Below, in pieces: positions 37,898-49,735 of a DNA stretch of 60,000 nt (its first letter is position 1; every line of letters begins with the position of its first letter). Both the position numbers and the translations under genes were made by a program. Location: contig OZ249436.1 in the NCBI GenBank assembly GCA_965235115.1, forward strand, positions 4,528,001-4,588,000. The letters run 5' to 3'. The notes under the pieces are model-generated. The model had not been told where the DNA came from and did not search any database. It saw only the letters and a program-made list of their open reading frames with translations. This DNA is from Laetmonice hystrix (taxonomy: Eukaryota).

Positions 37898-38982
37898 AGT
37901 GGCCCATCATAACGTACACAAGTTAACCAATCAGCCTTCGAGTGGCCCATCATAACGTACAAAAGTTAACCAATCAGCCTTCGAGTGGCCCATCATAACG
38001 TACAAAAGTTAACCAATCAGCCTTCGAGTGGCCCATTATAACGTACAAAAGGTAACCAATCAGCCTTCGAGTGGCCCATCATAACGTACAAAAGTTAACC
38101 AATCAGCCTTCGAGTGGCCCATCATAACGTACAAAAGTTAACCAATCAGCCTTCGAGTGACTCATCATAACGTACAAAAGTTAACCAATCAGCCTTCGAG
38201 TGGCCCATCCTAACGTACAAAAGGTAACCAATCAGCCTTCGAGTGGCCCATCATAACGTACAAAAGTTAACCAATCAGCCTTCGAGTGGCCCATCATAAC
38301 GTACAAAAGGTAACCAATCAGCCTTCGAGTGGCCCATCATAACGTACAAAAGTTAACCAATCAGCCTTCGAGTGGCCCATCATAACGTACAAAAGGTAAC
38401 CAATCAGCCTTCGAGTGGCTCATCATAACGTACAAAAGTTAACCAATCAGCCTTCGAGTGGCCCATCATAACGTACAAAAGGTAACCAATCAGCCTTCGA
38501 GTGGCCCATCATAACGTACAAACGGTTAACCAATCAGCCTTCGAGTGGCCCATCATAACGTACAAACGGTTAACCAATCAGCCTTCGAGTGGCCCATCAT
38601 AACGTACAAAAGGTAACCAATCAGCCTTCGAGTGGCTCATCATAACGTACAAAAGTTAACCAATCAGCCTTCGAGTGGCCCATCATAACGTACAAACGGT
38701 TAACCAATCAGCCTTCGAGTGGCCCATCATAACGTACAAACGGTTAACCAATCAGCCTTCGAGTGGCCCATCATAACGTACAAACGGTTAACCAATCAGC
38801 CTTCGAGTGGCCCATCATAACGTACAAACGGTTAACCAATCAGCCTTCGAGTGGCCCATCATAACGTACAAACGGTTAACCAATCAGCCTTCGAGTGGCC
38901 CATCATAACGTACAAAAGGTAACCAATCAGCCTTCGAGTGGCCCATTATAACGTACAAAAGGTAACCAATCAGCCTTCGAGG
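37898..38982. repeat. Minisatellite, 43/44-bp unit (GAGTGGCCCATCATAACGTACAAAAGTTAACCAATCAGCCTTC), ~25 copies
   Basis: Direct tandem repeats. Confidence 0.97.
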
Positions 38983-39176
38983 CCCGACGCCTGTTTATTG
39001 AACGTACCGTCGCACAAGTCTCAAAGGAATTTATTTGATTTATAGACATTTCACAAATCGATGAAAAAGGTTTGCTTTAATCACTTTGTCAGTAGCTTGT
39101 ACCCTCATCATTATCCTACACTGTGGCACTACATGCTCCTCACTTTGTCAGTAGCTTGTAGTTATTGTCTTTAAAT

Positions 39177-39907
39177 CAGGGCCAGCCGCACAGAAGGTGC
39201 TGATAGTGTGGGTTTTGATACTGGCCACTAAAACTCAATTGCTATCAGTATTGATAGTGATGCTGCTGGCACTATCAACCTTCCGTGCGGCCGGTGTCAC
39301 ATCGAAAACTGACTCCCGTGGTAAATTGACCCCAGGGTCACTTTTCCACAGTGGAAAAGTGACCCCCTCTGTGGTAATCTGACCCTGAATGAAAAGTTAA
39401 GATATTTCTTGTTCTGTATTTATTTTTTTTTACTGATGGAAAGGATACAAAACATGTTTTTGTTCATGTCGTACTCAATTTGTCAATCTGCTCAATTTGC
39501 AAGTAGCGTTAATTCAAATAGATCTAACCCTAAACTTACCTTAACCCTAACCGAGGGGCGTACAGGTAGCACCCATATCTGCTGGTTTGTCCTTCTAAAT
39601 TTGCCGGGTAAATTTGGAAATTGACGAATTGCAAACACCCTATTTGCAAATTGCGCAAATCGGCAAAGTGAGTATACTACATGGTTAAAAACTGTTGAAA
39701 GATACCAAGAAGCAGGAAAATCACGAAAGATTCCACTGTAAACACGTTATGCCAAATATATATGTAATTCAACATGGGTCATTTTTCCACAGGGGGGGTC
39801 ACTTTTCCACTGTGGTAAAGTGACCCGGGGGTCAATTTACCACGTGGTAAATGGACCCCGGGGCCACTTTACCATGGGGTCACTTTACCACATCACACCG
39901 GCACTGA
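39177..39907. mobile_element. Nested MITEs: Harbinger-like host carrying a CGGTGT..ACACCG element (39292-39900), itself containing a small foldback (~39472-39674)
   Basis: Host TCAGGGCCAGCCGCACAGAAGG / CCTTCCGTGCGGC[ins]GCACTGA; insert has GGGGTCACTTTTCCAC/GTGGAAAAGTGACCCC subterminal repeats and a possible GC duplication. Confidence 0.65.
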
Positions 39908-40897
39908 ACCCTCATCATTATCCTACACGGTGGTACAACATGATCCTCACTTTGTCAGTAGCTTGTAGTAACCCTCATCATTATCCTACACGGTGGTACA
40001 ACATGCTCCTCACTTTGTCAGTAGCTTGTAGTAACCCTCATCATTATCCTACACGGTGGTACAACATGCTCCTCACTTTGTCAGTAGCTTGTAGTAACCC
40101 TCATCATTATCCTACACGGTGGTACAACATGATCCTCACTTTGTCAGTAGCTTGTAGTAACCCTCATCATTATCCTACACGGTGGTACAACATGCTCCTC
40201 ACTTTGTCAGTAGCTTGTAGTAACCCTCATCATTATCCTACACGGTGGTACAACATGATCCTCACTTTGTCAGTAGCTTGTAGTAACCCTCATCATTATC
40301 CTACACGGTGGTACAACATGCTCCTCACTTTGTCAGTAGCTTGTAGTAACCCTCATCATTATCCTACACGGTGGTACAACATGCTCCTCACTTTGTCAGT
40401 AGCTTGTAGTAACCCTCATCATTATCCTACACGGTGGTACAACATGATCCTCACTTTGTCAGTAGCTTGTAGTAACCCTCATCATTATCCTACACGGTGG
40501 TACAACATGCTCCTCACTTTGTCAGTAGCTTGTAGTAACCCTCATCATTATCCTACACGGTGGTACAACATGATCCTCACTTTGTCAGTAGCTTGTAGTA
40601 ACCCTCATCATTATCCTACACGGTGGTACAACATGCTCCTCACTTTGTCAGTAGCTTGTAGTAACCCTCATCATTATCCTACACGGTGGTACAACATGCT
40701 CCTCACTTTGTCAGTAGCTTGTAGTAACCCTCATCATTATCCTACACGGTGGTACAACATGCTCCTCACTTTGTCAGTAGCTTGTAGTAACCCTCATCAT
40801 TATCCTACACGGTGGTACAACATGCTCCTCACTTTGTCAGTAGCTTGTAGTAACCCTCATCATTATCCTACACGGTGGTACAACATGATCCTCACTT
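39908..40897. repeat. Minisatellite, 63-bp unit, ~15.7 copies (diverged partial copy at 39081-39162)
   Basis: ACCCTCATCATTATCCTACACGGTGGTACAACATG(A/C)TCCTCACTTTGTCAGTAGCTTGTAGTA repeated; explains the 385-aa ORF. Confidence 0.97.
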
Positions 40898-41030
40898 CCT
40901 CAGGCAGCTGTAAGGGTGGTGCCGATAAAACCGACTGCACTGAAGTTACCCGTCATAATTTTACTTGCGTCTTATAACAAGGCAATAACGTTCTGCAAAT
41001 CGTGTTTGGCTTGAGCCTCCGCCCTTTGCT

Positions 41031-41413
41031 AAATCTACGGCACGACCATGATACAGGACTCTTACCAAGTTAGAGGTCGCGGCGCGACGACCTTACAAAA
41101 TCTACGGCACGACCATCATCTCACCAAGTTAGAGGTCACGGCGCGACGACCCTACAAAATCTACGGCACGACCATGATACAGGAATCTCACCAAGTTAGA
41201 GGTCACGGCGCGACGACCCTACAAAATCTACGGCACGACCATGATACAGGAATCTCACCAAGTTAGAGGTCACGGCGCGACGACCCTACAAAATCTACGG
41301 CACGACCATGATCTCACCAAGTTAGAGGTCACGGCGCGACGACCCTACAAAATCTACGGCACGACCATGATCTCACCAAGTTAGAGGTCACGGCGCGACG
41401 ACCCTACAAAATC
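41031..41413. repeat. Minisatellite, ~59/67-bp unit, 6 copies
   Basis: AAATCTACGGCACGACCATG(ATACAGGA)ATCTCACCAAGTTAGAGGTCACGGCGCGACGACCCTACA repeated. Confidence 0.95.
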
Positions 41414-42809
41414 CGGCCACAATATATCTATACCTAGATGGCGACCGAGTCCACAGGACGGCCATGAGAGTTACAATATAGGCCTATGTGACGAGTCACG
41501 TGGGCATGGCAAAGGTCGGGTCTGGACTGTTGGTTGAAGATTATAATAGGCCTATGTGACATGATTATCACGAAGAAGGAAAAACCTGAATAGTCTCTGC
41601 CCTGTTCGCCTATAAAAAGATCGTTTTTCTACATTAACTGCAACCTTTTGATATATGAAAACTGGAAGCTACAAGGGTTGTTTACGTTTCATACTATAGT
41701 AGAAATGTAGCAGGCGCTTCTCACTTTGTGCCGGGCTGAGTGTCTGATTTCTCCGTAATCACCTCGGGTTCTGTCGGCTCCTGGGATAGCTCCCGGTGAG
41801 CTAGTTTTCAGCCTGCTGGTGCCCTGTTCTTCGTGGCACGTACAGGGAACCAGTTGAAACGGTACCTTAACGATCACAGCCCGTGGGTAGGCTGGGTATA
41901 CGTTGATGTCCAGATGACATAGAGTTTCCTTTTGATTATTTAACTTAGATAATAATATAAATAATCCTTAAATGGTCTGAGGCTGAAGCTGAAGTCAAAG
42001 ATAGTTGGGGTTACATAACTTGGGTACTGCGGTTATTTTTTTTAAAAGTGACAGTCACGTAGGGAAAAAAACAATTAATGCATAGTCCCCTAAAGTCTAT
42101 GTGCAGATTAGTAGAAAACACCGATATGTAAATACTTGGCCAAATATGGAACGTTATCTTGGAACGTTATCAAGGAGCTTGTTGCTCGGCAGAATAAGAC
42201 GCACAACACCGGCGTAGTGATTATTTGTGAGCTATAATTCTGGTGTGGTGCAGGGGGATTACTCGAGGCGTAATCTGACCTACGTGGACGCCCCTGAGCT
42301 TCTTTGGAATAAAAGCAACGGTTTCCCCATTCGTATTGCCGAAAATAGCATGGCAGTGAATCCAAACTGTATCTTTAAAGGCGTACTTGAGATATTGATA
42401 AACAGGTTTTCCACAGTTTGATCATCTACTGATTAAAAAGAGATTTAACTTTCACAGCGCTACCCTGATGGGAAATTGTAACATTCCATGAATATATTCT
42501 GACTCACTTTGCCTTGGGCATACGGGCGGCCTAGTCCAAATACTCCAGAGAGATAATTAGGTTTTAATTCTGATTTCTAAAGGTCGTTTATAACAATGAT
42601 TGGAAGCCTTCCGTCCGGAAATGCCCCGGGAGTTGACAGAAGAGTGGGGCAGATGAATGCAACGGGTCAAGATCACGAAATTGGAACAGTCAAGGTCACA
42701 CAGCGGTGGCGCCTCCTCGCGGAACACGCTACCTGCACTTGCCAACACGATTGGTTAAAGTGATACATTCACGAAGACTGACAGGTACGTGAGATCCAAG
42801 AGAATCCAC

Positions 42810-43936
42810 CAACTCATCAATCAATACGGCAGTCTCTACGGTCACGTATCCTGCCATCATTACTGACATAAACAATCATCAATCAATACGGCAGTCTCTA
42901 CGGTCACGTATCCTGCCATCATTACTGACATAAACAACTCATCCATCAATACGGCAGTCTCTACGGTCACGTATCCTGCCATCATTACTGACATAAACAA
43001 TCATCAATCAATACGGCAGTCTCTACGGTCACGTATCCTGCCATCATTACTGACATAAACAATCATCAATCAATACGGCAGTCTCTACGGTCACGTATCC
43101 TGCCATCATTACTGACATAAACAACTCATCCATCAATACGGCAGTCTCTACGGTCACGTATCCTGCCATCATTACTGACATAAACAATCATCAATCAATA
43201 CGGCAGTCTCTACGGTCACGTATCCTGCCATCATTACTGACATAAACAACTCATCCATCAATACGGCATTCTCTACGGTCACGTATCCTGCCATCATTAC
43301 CGACATAAACAACTCATCCATCAATACGGCAGTCTCTACGGTCACGTATCCTGCCATCATTACTGACATAAACAACTCATCAATCAATACGGCAGTCTCT
43401 ACGGTCACGTATCCTGCCATCATTACTGACATAAACAACTCATCAATCAATACGGCATTCTCTACGGTCACGTATCCTGCCATCATTACTGACATAAACA
43501 ACTCATCCATCAATACGGCATTCTCTACGGTCACGTATCCTGCCATCATTACTGACATAAACAATCATCAATCAATACGGCAGTCTCTACGGTCACGTAT
43601 CCTGCCATCATTACTGACATAAACAACTCATCCATCAATACGGCATTCTCTACGGTCACGTATCCTGCCATCATTACTGACATAAACAACTCATCAATCA
43701 ATACGGCAGTCTCTACGGTCACGTATCCTGCCATCATTACTGACATAAACAACTCATCAATCAATACGGCAGTCTCTACGGTCACGTATCCTGCCATCAT
43801 TACTGACATAAACAACTCATCAATCAATACGGCAGTCTCTACGGTCACGTATCCTGCCATCATTACTGACATAAACAACTCATCAATCAATACGGCAGTC
43901 TCTACGGTCACGTATCCTGCCATCATTACTGACATA
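42810..43936. repeat. Minisatellite, ~62/63-bp unit, ~18 copies
   Basis: AACTCATCAATCAATACGGCAGTCTCTACGGTCACGTATCCTGCCATCATTACTGACATAAAC repeated. Confidence 0.97.
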
Positions 43937-44257
43937 TATGCAGGTCGGTGTGAACCTTTAACAATAGTTACTGTCAGAGTACATGGTGTAGGGCCTGGGG
44001 GCAGTAATTCAGCTATATGCAGGTCGGTGTGAACCTTTGACGCGATTCATGGAAAGCCCCTCACACTCACAAACGTGTGTCCACAATTTATAGCACCGTC
44101 CTCATCAGTTACAGTACTAAAGAGCCGTGCTTAGCAGTCAATTAACCGGCAATGGCGCGGTCAGGACTTCGGCCGATTGGACGACTGCTGAGGTCATTTT
44201 TCTCTTGAGTGGAATTTGTGGGATTTACTCCAATCCCCTAGATCTTTTATCACTCTC

Positions 44258-46080
44258 ACGCCTGAGGTCCTCGACACCCGTGTACAACACCTTCCCCGTG
44301 TATGGACGCCTGAGGTCCGCCACACCCCGTGTACAACACCTTCCCCGTGTATGGACGCCTGAGGTCCGCCACACCCCGTGTACAACACCTTCCCCGTGTA
44401 TGGACGCCTGAGGTCCGCCACACCCCGTGTACAACAGCTTCCCCGTGTATGGACGCCTGAGGTCCTCCACACCCCGTGTACAACACCTTCCCCGTGTATG
44501 GACGCCTAAGGTCCGCCACACCCCGTGTACAACACCTTCCCCGTGTATGGACGCCTGAGGTCCTCGACACCCCGTGTACAACACCTTCCCCGTGTATGGA
44601 CGCCTGAGGTCCGCCACACCCCGTGTACAACACCCTCCCCGTGTATGGGCGCCTGAGGTCGGCCACACCCCGTGTACAACACCTTCCCCGTGTATGGACG
44701 CCTTAGGTCCGCCACACCCCGTGTACAACACCTTCCCCGTGTATGGGCGCCTGAGGTCGGCCACACCCCGTGTACAACACCTTCCCCGTGTATGGGCGCC
44801 TGAGGTCGGCCACACCCCGTGTACAACACCTTCCCCGTGTATGGACGCCTGAAGTCCTCGACACCCCGTGTACAACACCTTCCCCGTGTATGGACACCTG
44901 AGGTCCGCCACACCCCGTGTACAACACCTTCCCCATGTATGGACGCCTGAGGGCCGCCACACCCCGTGTACAACACCTTCCCCGTGTATGGACGCCTGAG
45001 GTTCGCCACACCCCGTGTACAACACCTTCCCCGTGTATGGACGCCTGAGGTCCGCCACACCTCGTGTACAACACCTTCCCCGTGTATGGACGCCTGAGGT
45101 CCTCGACACCCTGTGTACAACACCTTCCCCGTGTATGGACGCCTGAGGTCCGCCACACCCCGTGTACAACACCCTCCCCGTGTATGGACGCCTGAGGTTC
45201 TCGACACCCTGTGTACAACACCTTCCCCGTGTATGGACGCCTGAGGTCCTCGACACCCTGTGTACAACACCTTCCCCGTGTATGGACGCCTGAGGTCCGC
45301 CACACCCCGTGTACAACACCTTCCCCGTGTATGGACGCCTGAGGTCCGCCACACCCCGTGTACAACACCTTCCCCGTGTATGGACGCCTGAGGTCCTCGA
45401 CACCCCGTGTACAACACCTTCCCCGTGTATGGACGCCTGAGGTCCGCCACACCCCGTGTACAACACCTTCCCCGTGTATGGACGCCTGAGGTCCTTGCCA
45501 CACCCCGTGTACAACACCTTCCCCGTGTATGGACGCCTGAGGTCCTCGACACCCTGTGTACAACACCTGCCCCGTGTATGGACGCCTGAGGTCCGCCACA
45601 CCCCGTGTACAACACCTTCCCCTTGTATGGACGCCTGAGGTCCGCCACACCCCGTGTACAACACCTTCCCCGTGTATGGACGCCTGGGGTCCGCCATACC
45701 CCGTGTACAACACCTTCCCCGTGTATGGACGCCTGAGGTCCTCGACACCCTGTGTACAACACCTTCCCCGTGTATGGACGCCTGAGGTCCTCGACACCCT
45801 GTGTACAACACCTTCCCCGTGTATGGACGCCTGAGGTCCTCGACACCCTGTGTACAACACCTTCCCCGTGTATGGACGCCTGAGGTCCGCCACACCCCGT
45901 GTACAACACCTTCCCCGTGTATGGACGCCTGAGGTCCGCCACACCCCGTGTACAACACCTTCCCCGTGTATGGACGCCTGAGGTCCGCCACACCCCGTGT
46001 ACAACACCTTCCCCGTGTATGGACGCCTGAGGTCCGCCACACCCCGTGTACAACACCTTCCCCGTGTATGGACGCCTAAG
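44258..46080. repeat. Minisatellite, 49-bp unit, ~37 copies
   Basis: GACGCCTGAGGTCCGCCACACCCCGTGTACAACACCTTCCCCGTGTATG repeated; explains the 500-605-aa ORFs. Confidence 0.98.
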
Positions 46081-46546
46081 GGCCGCTGGGGGGGGGGGGG
46101 TCGGGCTCTGGGGGCTCGTACGAACCCCCTTATGGACGAATCTCCTTTCAAATTACGATCACCCCCGAAAAACGGCAATGACTGGAACGATCGGCTAGCA
46201 GTAAGCATGCTTCCATCGCCATATATATGTCTCCCCCATCAAAAGTCACCCAGCAGGCTTTTCCATCAGAAACTTGATCTCCAGATGCCGGGAAATAGCG
46301 TTTTTTGGCCTTCCATTATCTTTACCCTAGCTGTATCTCTGTATCCCCTTACCCTAATGCCTGGATCAGCTCCCATATCTTGTTCACTATCTGAAACTCT
46401 GTATAGTATTATCTTCACAATATCTTGAAATACATATATGTTTGAATAAAACACCTCGCACACTGCCAGGTGTAGATTTAGGGGATGTGTGCGCGGCGGA
46501 TGAGAAATCCCACTTCAGGAGTAATCTTCGTGTAGAAAGGTTTGCA

Positions 46547-47458
46547 GGTAAAGTCGCTCCAATCGCTGGCGTTAACGAACCTTTGGTAAAGTCGCTCCAA
46601 TCGCTGGCGTCAACGAACCTTTGGTAAAGTCGCTCCAATCGCTGGCGTCCACGAACCTTTGGTAAAGTCGCTCCAATCGCTGGCGTCAACGAACCTTTGG
46701 TAAAGTCGCTCCAATCGCTGGCGTCAACGAACCTTTGGTAAAGTCGCTCCAATCGCTGGCGTCAACGAACCTTTGGTAAAGTCGCTCCAATCGCTGGCGT
46801 CAACGAACCTTTGGTAAAGTCGCTCCAATCGCTGGCGTCAACGAACCTTTGGTAAAGTCGCTCCAATCGCTGGCGTCAACGAACCTTTGGTAAAGTCGCT
46901 CCAATCGCTGGCGTCAACGATCCTTTGGTAAAGTCGCTGCAATCGCTGTCGCCAACGAACCTTTGGTAAAGTCGCTGCAATCGCTGGCGTCAACGAACCT
47001 TTGGTAAAGTCGCTCCAATCGCTGGCGTCAACGAACCTTTGGTAAAGTCGCTCCAATCGCTGGCGTCAACGAACCTTTGGTAAAGTCGCTCCTATCGCTG
47101 GCGTCAACGAACCTTTGGTACAGTCGCTCCAATCGCTGGCGTCAACGAACCTTTGGTAAAGTCGCTCCAATCGCTGGCGTCAACGAACCTTTGGTAAAGT
47201 CGCTCCAATCGCTGGCATCAACGAACCTTTGGTAAAGTCGCTCCAATCGCTGGCGTCAACGAACCTTTGGTAAAGTCGCTGCAATCGCTGTCGCCAACGA
47301 ACCTTTGGTAAAGTCGCTCCAATCACTGGCGTCAACGAACCTTTGGTAAAGTCGCTCCAATCGCTGGCATCAACGAACCTTTGGTAAAGTCGCTCCAATC
47401 GCTGGCGTCAACAAACCTTTGGTAAAGTCGCTCCAATCGCTGGCATCAACGAACCTTT
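46547..47458. repeat. Minisatellite, 38-bp unit, 24 copies
   Basis: GGTAAAGTCGCTCCAATCGCTGGCGTCAACGAACCTTT repeated; variant GCAATCGCTGTCGCC recurs 342 bp (9 units) apart. Confidence 0.97.
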
Positions 47459-47631
47459 ACCACTTATATCAATGAAAAAGCAATGTTTTTGTATATGTCC
47501 CTTTGGGCGTCAACAAACGAAATGGATGCACGGACGAGGGGGCTAAGTCAGTACCTTTGGTGGATATCTTTACTCTAGCATTGACAATTTTGCTATAATC
47601 CTAATCCGCAACAACTGCCTATGATGCCCAT

Positions 47632-47740
47632 GAGGACCACAGGGAGTCCTAGATTGTAAGTCAGGACGAGGACCACACGGAGTCCTAGATGGTAAGTCAG
47701 GACGAGGACCACACGGAGTCCTAGATGGTAAGTCAGGACG
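47632..47740. repeat. 36-bp tandem repeat, 3 copies
   Basis: GAGGACCACACGGAGTCCTAGATGGTAAGTCAGGAC repeated. Confidence 0.9.
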
Positions 47741-49134
47741 GCCATGAACGTGTTGAGTGTTGTGAACGACCCTTTGAGCGAGCAGACGTGTCGTCCTAGT
47801 CATTTCCCAGATGACCCCGTGAATTCTGGCTCCATGGTCCGGTTTGGTCGTATGTCAGGGAGTACTTCAAACAGCGCCCGTCAATCCCTCTCCGCTCCGT
47901 GGGTTAGATAAGGACGAGTTTATCTTCGAGTTGGCGAGGTATTGAAGTTCCAGCTGGGTGTGTTCCCATAGACGATTGTATTTGTGAAAGATCATGAAAT
48001 TTTGAAATAGTATTGTTTAGTGGCGAATGATTTAGCGTGCAGAATTTCGTTGCAAAGTGTTAAATATTTAGGCTCTTTGAATGTTATTTGTGCGCAGTGT
48101 ATATAAGTATCTTGAAGTCATATGTAAGACTCTTGAAATCATTTGAGATTAAATGTATTTGAAGCGAGTTACCGTTGGCTGACCTATAGTGGTTCGTGCC
48201 TAAGTAAACGGACACTTATATGGAAAAGCGCTATTTCCATCCCTCTTCTCTGATTACAGGTGCGATGTAGACAATGGCAGGCCTAAAAACACTTTACGCT
48301 GTAACCATCGTATGTCATTTTATAAGTCAAATCTTATCCTTTTTCATCATAGAGCGCTTTAACAGAGATGGAGATCTGAGATCAAAGATATCAGGTGTGT
48401 GACAAATCCTTTTATTTGATCGTGTTGACATCGGAGAACGTATTGAAGCGCATTCTAGAATTCGTTACTCTAGTCACAACAAAGATCCCGTGTGCATTGT
48501 GCTGATTTTGAGATTCGGTCGATTTTTTCTCCGTAGTTTTCCTATATGGTGAAAAGTCGGCCGTCGATCGGTCTGTGTATCTGGACCTTAATGTGAAAAG
48601 GCTCGACTTCTACAATGTGGTTTGATGAGCATTGTATGCGAGTGGTGTGGATCCTGCAACATACAGTGCGCAGGGGAAAATGAACCTATCCACGTTCAAA
48701 GGTCGCGAGTACAAGAAAAAAACATTGAAAGGAAAAGATAAAGCATTATCCCACAAGACAGTACATGTTTGGAAGCAATCCAGGTTCAACTGCATCGATA
48801 TGCTTGATTATGGCAATGGTTGGTTGTACATGATAAAGCGTTGTGTATCCTGATACATACTCTGGCCTGTAGCAGCCGTGTCGTCCAACCTCACCACTCA
48901 TTATTCCAAACTTTCCGTTGGCTAATCGCGACGTAAGTAATAGCATAGAACGTGTAACGTTACACGTTCTATGGTAATAGACAGAAAGTGTGCTTGTGTA
49001 ACTTTACTTTGCTCTATCAATGTATGGCTTTCCTGTCCCCATATACCTTTTTGAACCTTTTCTATCTGTACCATAGAAGAACCAGTTAATATTTTTGGGC
49101 AAACAACGGATTTAAGGGGTTTTGCAGTTAACCA

Positions 49135-49428
49135 GTCGTACCGCGTCAACTGGGGAACGTCTCCCCACCATGTGCTTCACGTAAAGTCGTACCGCGTCAA
49201 CTGGAGAACGTCTCCCCACCATGTGCTTCACGTAACGTCGTACCGCGTCAACTGGAGAACGTCTCCCCACCATGTGCTTCACGTAAAGTCGTACCGCGTC
49301 AACTGGAGAACGTCTCCCCACCATGTGCTTCACGTAACGTCGTACCGCGTCAACAGGAGAACGTCTCCCCACCATGTGCTTCACGTAACGTCGTACCGCG
49401 TCAACTGGAGAACGTCTCCCCGCCATGT
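49135..49428. repeat. Minisatellite, 51-bp unit, ~5.7 copies
   Basis: GTCGTACCGCGTCAACTGGAGAACGTCTCCCCACCATGTGCTTCACGTAA(A/C) repeated. Confidence 0.96.
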
Positions 49429-49735
49429 CGGCGGCGGACTTCAGGGAAAACGATTATCCACGAACAGCGTTTGTGAAATTCTGTTTCAAGCTTTGCTTGG
49501 TCGGAAAAGGCGCCATAAATCAACATTTAAGCAACACGACAATCGGTGTTTGAGGTCCATAGTGAAGGAATGCTCGGTTTATGGATTCGGGACCCGGCTT
49601 TGTCTTTGAGAGAAGATTTAAGCGTTGCTGTCTAGGCGTCTCGAGAGTAGGAAATCCCCTCGCCAGACTTGTCTACTTCTGGGGATCATCCGCTCCTACC
49701 AGTTGTCTTGACATGCAATCTTTTGTCAGACTTAT
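49425..49735 (+). pseudogene. Possible heavily decayed Ran-like small GTPase retrocopy
   Basis: CCGCC-ATG, then in order across frameshifts, stops and deletions: FKLCLVG, KSTFKQH, TIGV-EVH, IRDPA, LRED, LPVVLTCN; compare Ran FKLVLVG, KTTFVKRH, TLGVEVH, VWDTA, LRDG, IPIVLCGN. Confidence 0.4.

Noticed and set aside
39820..40977. 385-aa ORF
   Set aside because: Starts inside a MITE and is the translation of a 63-bp minisatellite
44225..46208. 500-605-aa ORFs
   Set aside because: Translations of a 49-bp tandem repeat that is open in all minus-strand frames; the unit is not a multiple of 3
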